A program made the translations under genes and the position numbers. DNA of 42,922 nt, taken from the IMG/VR virus record IMGVR_UViG_3300029910_000049, positions 1-42,922 of that record; one strand, 5' to 3'. Position 1 is the first letter of the stretch. Each line of letters begins with the position of its first letter. This stretch comes from a virus. The notes below the pieces were generated by a model. The model worked only from the letters and a program-made list of their open reading frames with translations. It did not search any database and was not told the origin of the DNA. Positions 27,666 through 35,604 of this stretch are shown here, in pieces.

Positions 27666-29300
27666 TTAGAAGAAGGCGCTGCGGCGCTTAATGGGTGCAA
27701 ACAAGATCATAATACAATCGGCAAGATTAGGCGAGCGTGTGCCGTCCGGCGCCTTATCTACCACAATTTTTCCCATGATTGTAAGGGAATATGTCGGCTG
27801 CGAAAGTTCGATCAGCAGCTTGTCAAGCTCGGGCAAATCCTTGGGCAGCGATATGATGTCATCTGGATCAAATTTGTATTCTTCAACGGAAGGGTCTTCT
27901 GCTCGCTTAGCGACGTTTTCAACAGCGCGGAAAGTCTCTTGAAACCTATGCCGCAATGACCACCACGCTTGTGCCTTGCGATTTGAAAAATAGTCTTTAT
28001 TCTTGCGTCCTGCTTTATCTTTCTTGATGCCTTTATTTATATCATCTTCCGGGTAAATCACCTCACCGCTGCCGCGAAACGGTATAATTGATAATTCCTT
28101 TTCGCCTTGCACTTTGCGCCTATCGTTTACCATTCGAGCGTCACCGCGCACACCGGCGCCTAGGCCGTCTGCGTCATAGCGCCACTCGTTACATTTGTTT
28201 TCATCTGCTAAAATAAATGTACGCTCAACTGTGTAAAGTATATCGCTACCTTTGCCGCTCCAAGATTTAAGCGAAGTCAATTCGATACCACACCTAGTTG
28301 CAAAAGCGTTCAAATCCCTACCCTCATCTGCAACGTCCAAAGCACCCTCGTTATTACCGCTAGGGGTAATTCCAAGTGTTTTAGCAGCATCAACAGAAGC
28401 GCGCACCCAAGCACTAGGAATAACCACGCCGTCAACGCTAGCGCTATAATTAATATCAACTTCCTGAGCGAGTGTGATCGCATCTAAGTCGTTCTCCATT
28501 TTCTTATACCAAGCGTCATCCTTGCGCGGGTCTTGACGCCAGCCAAAGGTAAACACTTCAACCTTTCCGCTATGACGCTTTTGCGCAAACACATTGGCCA
28601 TGCCGTTGACGGATGACATATCGTGTATGCAATTTGTTGTGTTTGATAGGGAAGCCTCAATTAACTGAGCGCGCGGTATATGCGCCTTTTCGTCAACAAA
28701 GTGAATTGACGTTCTATCGCCACGACCAATATTGTCACCGGCTTCGCCGGTCATATAGCTGCCGGTATCTGGAAAAATTATGCGCATATGCGGAGAGTGT
28801 TTAGACGCAACATAACCGCCTCTAAACTCAACTGGCAAGTTTTCAATGAAAAAGCGCGCTTTCCAAAATAACGATTTTGGATCATCAATCTTATCAACGT
28901 AATCCTCTTTACGTGATCCAAAACCAATAACTAAACCTTCATTATGTAAGCATAACGTATCGGCTGTGCTTACAGCTAACCAGCTAACGCCCATGTCGCG
29001 AGATTTTTCAGTTAGAGCGCGCTCCCGTGCCTTCCATTTGCGTATGGCATAATCTATCCATTCCTCTTGACGCTCAAACAGCACAAAGGGAATGCGTGTA
29101 GGCAATCCTATATCAGCGTTGCGAGGATCAAACGTCATGCCCCAATCAGTTATGAACTGCGCCGGGTGATCGCGATAATATGCTTTCATTATGCCCACAC
29201 TATCGGGCGTGTCACGGATGCGCTGCAAACGCTCCATGCGCCATTCTAGCACCTCGACATAATCAGGGTTTTTAAAATCGAATGGAAAAGGTAAAGGCAT
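27666..29300 (-). CDS. terL: terminase large subunit
   Basis: Walker-A-like EKSRDMGVS, Walker B IHFVDE, nuclease-domain acidic motif ALDVADEGRD. 544 aa. Confidence 0.85.
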   Translation of the reverse strand: MPLPFPFDFKNPDYVEVLEWRMERLQRIRDTPDSVGIMKAYYRDHPAQFITDWGMTFDPRNADIGLPTRIPFVLFERQEEWIDYAIRKWKARERALTEKSRDMGVSWLAVSTADTLCLHNEGLVIGFGSRKEDYVDKIDDPKSLFWKARFFIENLPVEFRGGYVASKHSPHMRIIFPDTGSYMTGEAGDNIGRGDRTSIHFVDEKAHIPRAQLIEASLSNTTNCIHDMSSVNGMANVFAQKRHSGKVEVFTFGWRQDPRKDDAWYKKMENDLDAITLAQEVDINYSASVDGVVIPSAWVRASVDAAKTLGITPSGNNEGALDVADEGRDLNAFATRCGIELTSLKSWSGKGSDILYTVERTFILADENKCNEWRYDADGLGAGVRGDARMVNDRRKVQGEKELSIIPFRGSGEVIYPEDDINKGIKKDKAGRKNKDYFSNRKAQAWWSLRHRFQETFRAVENVAKRAEDPSVEEYKFDPDDIISLPKDLPELDKLLIELSQPTYSLTIMGKIVVDKAPDGTRSPNLADCIMILFAPIKRRSAFF

Positions 29301-29803
29301 TAGCCCATTAGGCTTTGATAAAAGCGTTCAACTTCGCGCGGATTATGCTTATCAAGTACCGCTGCCGGTTGAGAACCGCCATACACGTTTACTGTTGTGC
29401 TTGGAGCAACAGGGTCACGCGGTTTCTCTTCCCATCCGCGCAAGCCGCGAAGCTGTTTCAAGAGTTCAGCATACTCTTTCATCTTACCTGTAGATGCCGC
29501 TTGTTCCATCAGCTCTTCAATGTCGCGGATATGTTCAAGGCGCGGCTTGGAGCGCATGAAATGATCAATGCCGTATTCCGCAAGCAATTCGTCCATCAGC
29601 TCAATAAACTGAGGGTTTGTGTCGTTTAGAAAAGAGCGCAATATTTCGAATCGTTCGAAGTTGTGGCCGCAAATTATAATGCCTTCGCGCTCGCTTTGAC
29701 GTTTGCCGCGTAAGCAGGCTCCGGCGTATTGCTCAACAATGGCTTGGGTTATCCATGCCACGTCACGCCCAAATGGGCAGATTATGTCAACTGCGGTACG
29801 CAT
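29300..29803 (-). CDS. putative terminase small subunit (167 aa)
   Basis: Immediately upstream of terL with a 1-nt overlap. C-terminal LLKQLRGLRGWEEKP pattern is common in small terminases. Confidence 0.45.
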   Translation of the reverse strand: MRTAVDIICPFGRDVAWITQAIVEQYAGACLRGKRQSEREGIIICGHNFERFEILRSFLNDTNPQFIELMDELLAEYGIDHFMRSKPRLEHIRDIEELMEQAASTGKMKEYAELLKQLRGLRGWEEKPRDPVAPSTTVNVYGGSQPAAVLDKHNPREVERFYQSLMG

Positions 29804-29836
29804 AGCACTACATATAGCGCACAGCCCCGTGAGGCT

Positions 29837-30376
29837 TCAAGCTTCAATCGCTGTTTGTGCCAAAATGCCGCCGTTGTTCCAATATTGCCCTGGGCCCTCC
29901 GGCATAGTATTGGGCAACGTGATAAACCATGCATTATATTCCGCGCCAAATTGCGTTGGCGGCCCTGGCGGCAACGGCGGTATATATGCTGGCTCTCCGG
30001 TGATCGGCAACGCAACATCCCATGTCAACACCTGCGTATCGCTCAAATCTGCCGTAATCCGCATGGCATAATAGATGTTAGGCGTGCCGCCAGATGCCAG
30101 GAAACCATACGCGCTCCCTAGCGTTGTTGCATCGGTGACGGTCAATGCATCATCGCCGTAAATAATCTCATTGGAGAAGGCTGTGATACTCACAGCAACC
30201 GTGCCGGGCGGTTGCACCGCTGCCAGCTCTAGCGAGGCGTCCAGCCATAGCGAGCGGGTTGCTGTGGCTGGTATCGCGGGCCATTCCAGTGACGTGCCGC
30301 TGCAATCGACTGTCTGCCCTGGGACCGGCGTGACGGTGTAAGGCGGGGAAGGGCTTATAGTCATCGCTGCACCCAT
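29837..30376 (-). CDS. hypothetical protein (179 aa) with C-terminal YWNNGGIL motif
   Basis: First ORF after the 30.4-kb hairpin. Shares the WNNGG motif with the DUF2612-like baseplate protein. Confidence 0.6.
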   Translation of the reverse strand: MGAAMTISPSPPYTVTPVPGQTVDCSGTSLEWPAIPATATRSLWLDASLELAAVQPPGTVAVSITAFSNEIIYGDDALTVTDATTLGSAYGFLASGGTPNIYYAMRITADLSDTQVLTWDVALPITGEPAYIPPLPPGPPTQFGAEYNAWFITLPNTMPEGPGQYWNNGGILAQTAIEA

Positions 30377-30408
30377 GATAAAAGGCGTGAAGGTTTCCCC
30401 TCACGCCT
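30377..30408 (-). terminator. candidate intrinsic terminator between the lysis-proximal genes and the packaging/structural genes
   Basis: On the minus strand: AGGCGTGA-ggggaaacct-TCACGCCT, then TTTAT running into the next ATG. Confidence 0.4.
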
Positions 30409-30434
30409 AGTATTATTTGGCCGGATTGAAAAGC

Positions 30435-30857
30435 TTAAATCGCGGCCTCAATCTTCGCCAGCTCTGCATTCCACCAGCTCAGGAAGGAATTTGCCGCCTG
30501 CAAGCCGGACGTGGCTTTCGCCGCGACATCGGCGGGCAGGGTGGCGATGACGGCCGGAGCCGTCGCAATCGCCTTGGTTGACACGTCCAGGGCCGTGACA
30601 ACTGCGCTCTTGTGCGCGGCCACGTCATCGGCCGCCGTGGTGGCCAGGGTACCAGCCACAGCCAGCCCGGCGCCGATTTCCGGCTGCCCGAGGGCGTCAG
30701 CAACGGTGGAACCGAGTTCCTCAGCGATGGTAATATCCTTATCGATTGGGGACGGCGCCGAGGTTGCGCCGGGGGAGGAAACGCCGCCCGTATCGGACGG
30801 CGCGAAAGCGATGCGGGAAAGCGCGGAATAACCGGCCAAAATCAAAACAGTACTCAT
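30435..30857 (-). CDS. hypothetical exported/anchored Ala-rich protein (140 aa)
   Basis: ATG 30857 (MSTVLILAGYSALSRIAFA...) is preceded by GGAGACTGAAAAT. Hydrophobic N-terminus, then an Ala-rich helical region. Confidence 0.55.
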   Translation of the reverse strand: MSTVLILAGYSALSRIAFAPSDTGGVSSPGATSAPSPIDKDITIAEELGSTVADALGQPEIGAGLAVAGTLATTAADDVAAHKSAVVTALDVSTKAIATAPAVIATLPADVAAKATSGLQAANSFLSWWNAELAKIEAAI

Positions 30858-30899
30858 ATTTTCAGTCTCCATTTATTACCGGATACCGTCCGGCGCGGA

Positions 30900-31112
30900 T
30901 CAGAAGCCGCCATAGTTGGCGATAGTGCGGCCTTTATCGTTCATGACGAAAATCAAACAGTCTTTCGAGCAAATGCAGAGCTGCCCTCCAACATTCAGTC
31001 GGTTCATCATCAGATTGACATGCGGTCCGCCATCAATCGGAATGCTTGCGGTACTCTCGACTTCGAAAATTTCTTCATGACCGGGCGCGTAAATAGCCTT
31101 AACCGTTAACAT
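30900..31112 (-). CDS. hypothetical protein (70 aa)
   Basis: ORF on the operon strand. No motif recognised. Confidence 0.5.
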   Translation of the reverse strand: MLTVKAIYAPGHEEIFEVESTASIPIDGGPHVNLMMNRLNVGGQLCICSKDCLIFVMNDKGRTIANYGGF

Positions 31113-31156
31113 ATAATTCTGCTACTTCTTCTAAGCTGGATGCCGTCCAGCACGGA

Positions 31157-31357
31157 TTACTTCTTAACGGTCAAATTGTATAACGTGACTAGCGGCACTT
31201 CGCAAGCCATAAAAGCCACGCCGTCAAAATGATGATCAATTATAGCATTGTAACCGAAACCAAGAAACACAAACGCTTGCACAGTTAGATAAGACAAAGC
31301 GGCCTCATCAATTTGGCCGCTTTTATCAGTCACCAGGGCAAGCAAAAACGCTTTCAA
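31157..31357 (-). CDS. small membrane protein, lysis-cassette member (66 aa)
   Basis: The TTG start overlaps the endolysin stop (TTGA). Hydrophobic segments LTVQAFVFLGFGY and VAFMACEVPLV. Confidence 0.45.
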   Translation of the reverse strand: MKAFLLALVTDKSGQIDEAALSYLTVQAFVFLGFGYNAIIDHHFDGVAFMACEVPLVTLYNLTVKK

Positions 31358-31851
31358 GACGGCGCTTGCACAGCATCAATAGCTTGCTGAAATAGCAACA
31401 CGCTCTGGTCAATGTTGGTTGCACCACCAGCAGTATTGTAATACTGCTTATGATATGCAGACAAAGCAGCGGCGTCATTATCATCAGGCAACGCCGCCTC
31501 AACGCGAAAATATTTAATACGTGCCATAATGAAAGCGTAATACAGATTACCGGCCATGGCGCCTACACCAGCAAACGGACCAACGCCAAGCGTTGATTTA
31601 ACAACGCTCATAAGATCAGCATTGTTCGTATAGCGCAGGAAATTAAAGTAGCAATCGTTATGCGTTGCAGGCTCCATTTCCATCAGGCCGATTGCAGGGC
31701 CGCCGCCTAGCTGCTTGATATAAATGCCGCCGCTTTCAACCAGCATTGTACCAAGTAGCAAATTTGGGCACGGCTTAACGCGCGAGGGCAACGCGGCTTC
31801 AACCGGATCAATGACGAATTGACGCACTTGCAAAAGCGAAAGGCCACTCAT
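31354..31851 (-). CDS. endolysin, lytic transglycosylase (SLT/GH23-like)
   Basis: LVESGG...GGGPAIGLMEMEPATHND matches the E-S catalytic and GLMQ-type SLT motifs. ATG 31851 overlaps the upstream stop (ATGA) and follows GGAGATTGTAAA. Confidence 0.7.
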   Translation of the reverse strand: MSGLSLLQVRQFVIDPVEAALPSRVKPCPNLLLGTMLVESGGIYIKQLGGGPAIGLMEMEPATHNDCYFNFLRYTNNADLMSVVKSTLGVGPFAGVGAMAGNLYYAFIMARIKYFRVEAALPDDNDAAALSAYHKQYYNTAGGATNIDQSVLLFQQAIDAVQAPS

Positions 31852-32021
31852 TTTACAATCTCCGTATGTGGACATGCTGGCTGATAATGCTTGTCATACA
31901 GGTTAGAAGTGGCAATACCTATAGTCAAACCTGCCAACGTCAATATCAGCAAATTATACCAGCGACAACCATGGCGCGGTTTAAGCAATCGGTTGGCTTC
32001 AGATATCGTAACCGGCTTCAT
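31848..32021 (-). CDS. holin-like single-TM protein (57 aa)
   Basis: ATG 32021 overlaps the upstream stop (ATGA). TM segment WYNLLILTLAGLTIGIATSNLY. Confidence 0.45.
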   Translation of the reverse strand: MKPVTISEANRLLKPRHGCRWYNLLILTLAGLTIGIATSNLYDKHYQPACPHTEIVK

Positions 32022-32290
32022 TTCCATAATGTGTGCGTTGCCCACACACACGCTGCCGCTATTATAACCCATAAAGCTTGTCCCCCGGCGTTGCTAAGCA
32101 CGTCATTAAGCACACGCCGGAAAGCCCCCTGGCTCTCTTCGCGCGCTTGACGTGCGGCATTAAGAAAAACGAAATTGGCCCGTGTAATCTCAAGGTGTTC
32201 CGGCTCATTGTCATAGATACCTATGTTGTTGAAGCGGCGCGAGATAACATCGTTTACGATCTTGTCCAGCTCTTCCCGGCTTATATCCAT
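32018..32290 (-). CDS. lysis-cassette protein with C-terminal TM segment (90 aa)
   Basis: ALWVIIAAACVWATHTLW at the C-terminus. First gene after the 32.3-kb terminator. Confidence 0.5.
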   Translation of the reverse strand: MDISREELDKIVNDVISRRFNNIGIYDNEPEHLEITRANFVFLNAARQAREESQGAFRRVLNDVLSNAGGQALWVIIAAACVWATHTLWK

Positions 32291-32310
32291 TAAGCTAGCC
32301 TATCAAGAGT

Positions 32311-32347
32311 AAAAAGCCCCGGAGCTGGTGATGGCCAACGCCGGGGC
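32311..32347 (-). terminator. rho-independent terminator closing the minus-strand early region
   Basis: On the minus strand: GCCCCGG-18 nt-CCGGGGC followed directly by TTTTT. Lies 20 nt upstream of the first late ATG. Confidence 0.6.
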
Positions 32348-32436
32348 AAGTTTAGGGAGGCGTCCAAGAAACAGGCGAGACTGAAATCATGCCTAAGGCG
32401 TTGCTCGCACAAGATGCGGCGCCGGGTCAAGCAATT

Positions 32437-32688
32437 TTATCTATCTATAGTGCCGCCGAACTGAAATTTGGCATAGTATATGCCGCGCTGCGACATTCTG
32501 TAGCGTATTCCTCCGGCCGCTTCGACAAAACCGCGATGCTCCAAGGCGTGCATTGTAGCTTCTGTGGCTAAGCATTGCGAAGCGTTAAGCGGCACGTCCG
32601 CGTCACCGCCAGCATGTCGCTGCCACATGATCCGCAACGCATCGCGCATAGGTACGCTCAAGTCATTTTTGATCCTGAAAACGGCCAT
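32437..32688 (-). CDS. hypothetical protein, possible winged-helix (83 aa)
   Basis: ATMHALEHRGFVEAAGGIRYRMSQRG resembles a wHTH recognition helix plus wing. Confidence 0.5.
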   Translation of the reverse strand: MAVFRIKNDLSVPMRDALRIMWQRHAGGDADVPLNASQCLATEATMHALEHRGFVEAAGGIRYRMSQRGIYYAKFQFGGTIDR

Positions 32689-32692
32689 ATCG

Positions 32693-32881
32693 CTATATCC
32701 GCTTCAAGCCGATTTGTTCAGCAAGAGTACGCGGCGCGGCCAGCTTAACACAAGCCGCTCCTGGCAACTTGTTGATTACAAGTTGCCCGGCCGCTTGGAA
32801 GAAACGGGCAGCATCGCGCGGTTTATTTTCACGCCACGCTTGCCATTTAATGCGCGCTATCTGTCCATCAATGCTCATCAC
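32693..32881 (-). CDS. hypothetical protein (62 aa)
   Basis: AGGTGGTG Shine-Dalgarno directly upstream of GTG-ATG. Confidence 0.5.
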   Translation of the reverse strand: MMSIDGQIARIKWQAWRENKPRDAARFFQAAGQLVINKLPGAACVKLAAPRTLAEQIGLKRI

Positions 32882-33001
32882 ACCACCTAATTACAACTGA
32901 TTGAAACGTCGCACGGCGAAACATAATTATCAAGATATTTCGCACTTGTGCCCCATGCTAGCAACGCTGCGCCCGTTATGATTGTCAAGACCAAAACCAC
33001 C

Positions 33002-33490
33002 TTAAACATTGTCATCAACCGGCTTTATGATAGGCGTACCGTTGTGGCCGATGAATGCAAGGCAGTTTTCTTCCGCCTTCAACATCTCCATGAGCCCAAG
33101 CAAGCCCGCCCTGGCATCAGCCGAGTTGCGCGTTGGCGATACGCGGCATTCATACATCGCTGCAATAATACCGTTGTAGAAGCGCAGCACTTCGATGTCA
33201 GACATCTTGACGCCAATTGCCACGCCGCTTTGAAAGTCTGGTGTGAACAGGATGCGAGGCGCTGGCATTTTAGGAATGCCTGAAAAGTCTTGCGCCATTT
33301 TTAACTCCCGTTTGATTGTAACACACGTGGGCTCGACATAGAGGACAACATTGGGCGGAAAACGCAAAGACAAGTTTTCCTGCGCCCATTTCATAGCATC
33401 CGCGCTGCTATCAAAACCCGCTGTGTGAAGCTTACCATCAATGAGAATGGCATATAAAACGCGGCACTCTGGCATAAAATTTTCAGTCAT
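33002..33490 (-). CDS. hypothetical protein (162 aa)
   Basis: GGAGACTAAGGG precedes the ATG. Confidence 0.65.
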   Translation of the reverse strand: MTENFMPECRVLYAILIDGKLHTAGFDSSADAMKWAQENLSLRFPPNVVLYVEPTCVTIKRELKMAQDFSGIPKMPAPRILFTPDFQSGVAIGVKMSDIEVLRFYNGIIAAMYECRVSPTRNSADARAGLLGLMEMLKAEENCLAFIGHNGTPIIKPVDDNV

Positions 33491-33564
33491 CCCTTAGTCT
33501 CCATCAAAACCGTTGCGAAGCCCGGCCACTCGGGCCGGGTAACGTAGCGATTAAGCGCCACCAT
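33487..33564 (-). CDS. candidate micro-ORF (25 aa, MVALNRYVTRPEWPGFATVLMETKG)
   Basis: Preceded by ACTGGAAACTGAGA, the same box that precedes the 33786 ATG. Its stop overlaps the next ATG (ATGA). Confidence 0.25.
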   Translation of the reverse strand: MVALNRYVTRPEWPGFATVLMETKG

Positions 33565-33594
33565 TGTCTCAGTTTCCAGTTACAGTTTAATATT

Positions 33595-33786
33595 TCAGTT
33601 CCAGTTGGTGAGTGGCGCGGCCTTGATGGCCTCGATTTCAACCTTGCAATTAGCTACGGTTTTATGGTGCCAAGCATAGTATTGTGGGCTTTCGCCGGCA
33701 ACCGCCAAAAGGTCCTTGGCGCGGGCAATCGCAGCCATAAGCTGGTTAATCGCGAAGGTCTTATTTACAGCTACATTCTTAAACAT
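33595..33786 (-). CDS. hypothetical protein (63 aa)
   Basis: First ORF downstream of the TTGACA-18-TATAAG promoter. GGAAACTGAGAT precedes the ATG. Confidence 0.55.
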   Translation of the reverse strand: MFKNVAVNKTFAINQLMAAIARAKDLLAVAGESPQYYAWHHKTVANCKVEIEAIKAAPLTNWN

Positions 33787-33832
33787 ATCTCAGTTTCCAG
33801 TCACGCCAAGAGCAGGATTGCTCATAACTAAG

Positions 33833-33862
33833 CTTATACGCTTCTACGCATATCGCTGTCAA
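33833..33862 (-). promoter_or_regulatory. sigma70-type promoter (TTGACA-18 nt-TATAAG)
   Basis: On the minus strand, TTGACA at 33862-33857 and TATAAG at 33838-33833, in a 189-bp intergenic gap. Confidence 0.5.
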
Positions 33863-33975
33863 CAACAATCGACACAATAAAACGTCGTGATCAAATTAAA
33901 TCGGCAACGCTTGATCCGTTAAGCAACGTATCTTCTGGATAGAGTTGCGCGGCGCTAGGCGTGTAACATCGCTCA

Positions 33976-34464
33976 TTATCTCAGAAACCAATGCGATTGA
34001 ATGCGCCATGCGGCAGGCTCCCAATTATCACAATAAACGTGAGCATAACCCATTTCATCCAAAAACGTCCCGAACGCTTTCTGTTCCGGCGTGCGAGAAT
34101 CACGCTTAGCTGTGATCGTTCCGGGCTTTTTCATTTCAATATAAAGCCCGGCAAACATTTTGCACGTTACCGGCCAGAATATATCATAGACGCCTTTCTT
34201 GACGCCTTCCGCCACAAGGTTGCTTGCCGTTGCCTTAGACCGCATACCGCCATTCGGAATAGCGTGAAGCCAATGAAGTGCTGGGACAGGCTTACGATCA
34301 GAAAGCATGTCCAAACCGGATTTATTAAATTGCCAATAATTAAGGTCATTGGCAATATCAAACCCGTAATGCTCAGCCCGAGCTGCCCACATAAACAACG
34401 CCACTTGTTGCGAATGCTCAGAAGTACCGGCGCCATAGTCCCATGGTGTTTTAATCGCGCTCAT
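33976..34464 (-). CDS. VRR-NUC domain nuclease (PD-(D/E)XK)
   Basis: HAIPNGGMRSKATASNLVAEGVKKGVYDIFWP...GLYIEMKKPG...EQKAF...GY..VYC matches the VRR-NUC pattern. GGAGG SD. Confidence 0.8.
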   Translation of the reverse strand: MSAIKTPWDYGAGTSEHSQQVALFMWAARAEHYGFDIANDLNYWQFNKSGLDMLSDRKPVPALHWLHAIPNGGMRSKATASNLVAEGVKKGVYDIFWPVTCKMFAGLYIEMKKPGTITAKRDSRTPEQKAFGTFLDEMGYAHVYCDNWEPAAWRIQSHWFLR

Positions 34465-34736
34465 TTAAGCCTCCATGACGCGCGCTCCAAGCCGCGACGG
34501 CTTGCAATACCTATATGCTGAAACATCACCGGGTTTATTACCGCAAATGCCAACACAGGGCCGCCAGGGGGACGCGATGGCCTACAACACGCCTGCGTTT
34601 TCCACTTGCTCATACAGATCAGCAACGCAACGTGCGCCGTTTCCGCAAGCAGCTCGCGCTTGAACGGCCCTATGATCACCTTAGCCGCGAGCTTCTTTGC
34701 GCGCGATTTGCGCGGCTTCTTAGCTGTTTCATTCAT
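34461..34736 (-). CDS. hypothetical basic protein (91 aa)
   Basis: ATGA overlaps at both ends. Lys/Arg-rich N-terminus. Confidence 0.4.
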   Translation of the reverse strand: MNETAKKPRKSRAKKLAAKVIIGPFKRELLAETAHVALLICMSKWKTQACCRPSRPPGGPVLAFAVINPVMFQHIGIASRRGLERASWRLK

Positions 34737-34921
34737 CTTCTCATATTCCAATCTGTTGCCGCCATATCTTCGGCGCTAGGCTCATAAGATGTAAACTTTG
34801 CGCCGCAATGATAGCACGGTTTGTTGTCACTATCAACGCTTAAACGCTGCGTCATACTCCATGCGTGACGATATATAAACCATCCGCGTCGCAAAGCTTC
34901 CATAGCTCGGTTATAAGTCAT
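34733..34921 (-). CDS. DUF2829-like small protein (Tad2-like, candidate Thoeris anti-defence sponge)
   Basis: MTYNRAMEALRRGWFIYRHAW... and C-terminal YEPSAEDMAATDW match my recollection of the DUF2829 pattern (F..A..AlK.G..v.R..W ... W.PS..D.lA.DW). Confidence 0.5.
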   Translation of the reverse strand: MTYNRAMEALRRGWFIYRHAWSMTQRLSVDSDNKPCYHCGAKFTSYEPSAEDMAATDWNMRR

Positions 34922-35109
34922 TTGCGTACGCCCTTACGTTTGATCAAAAATTCAAGCTCATCTCCGGCCAAGCGCAGCGCACACAGCCAGTCACCACGCT
35001 TAACAAGCTTGCCGTCAACATAAAAGTATTTACGAAAGCGCTTGCCATCCCAGCGCTTAATCCGCGCATAGGTGCGATTAAATACCACGGTTTCGTAAAT
35101 AAAGCGCAT
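34918..35109 (-). CDS. hypothetical basic protein (63 aa)
   Basis: ATG 35109 follows the stop of the 51-aa membrane ORF. The alternative GTG 35187 lacks an SD. Confidence 0.45.
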   Translation of the reverse strand: MRFIYETVVFNRTYARIKRWDGKRFRKYFYVDGKLVKRGDWLCALRLAGDELEFLIKRKGVRK

Positions 35110-35110
35110 A

Positions 35111-35266
35111 TCAAAAGCCTTTGCGGCGGATGCTACGCTCAACAGGCTTTTGATGCCTGGACGCTTCGCGGTCAAAGCTTTCAACACGCAGCGTGTAAAG
35201 CAAAATGAGCCTCACAGCAATGCCGCCAACTACGCCAATAAGGGCGGCGTATTCGATCAAACCCAT
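35111..35266 (-). CDS. candidate 51-aa membrane protein (MGLIEYAALIGVVGGIAVRLILLY...)
   Basis: Below the ORF-track size cutoff. GGGAG lies 6 nt upstream of the ATG. One clear TM helix. Confidence 0.4.
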   Translation of the reverse strand: MGLIEYAALIGVVGGIAVRLILLYTLRVESFDREASRHQKPVERSIRRKGF

Positions 35267-35604
35267 GTCACACTCCCATCAAAGTGAATTGTCAGATTAT
35301 CAATCAATAGCTCATTCACTATATGATAGTCAACAACTTCCGCTAAGAACAACATGCAATCGTGCGAACTTTGGATATTGGCTTTGCGTTCCGGTTGAAC
35401 CATAAACCACGTCACCCATCCGAATAGATCGCGTACGCCTTCCTCTATATCAAAGCCTGTGACATAGTGATCAGTCAGTTTAACAAGCTTTCTAAACACA
35501 AACGTATCAAGCGAAGCTATAACAACAAAGCGTTTTTTGTTCGTGTCATTCAATGACCATCCGCGCCGCGTCATGCCTTGACGCCATAGATTGCTAGCGC
35601 TCAT
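35257..35604 (-). CDS. hypothetical protein (115 aa)
   Basis: ATGA overlap with the upstream gene. Confidence 0.6.
   Translation of the reverse strand: MSASNLWRQGMTRRGWSLNDTNKKRFVVIASLDTFVFRKLVKLTDHYVTGFDIEEGVRDLFGWVTWFMVQPERKANIQSSHDCMLFLAEVVDYHIVNELLIDNLTIHFDGSVTWV

Noticed and set aside
29703-30121. Plus-strand ORFs (122 and 130 aa) across the terS/179-aa gene junction
   Set aside because: They have no RBS, cross a minus-strand gene boundary and give Arg/Cys-rich translations.
32389-32571. 60-aa plus-strand ORF preceded by gcGAGACTGAAATC
   Set aside because: It lacks the GGAG core and overlaps the minus-strand 83-aa ORF. It would be an isolated plus-strand gene running into the early leftward operon. 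I kept it only as a remark under the late-switch finding, and cannot fully exclude it.
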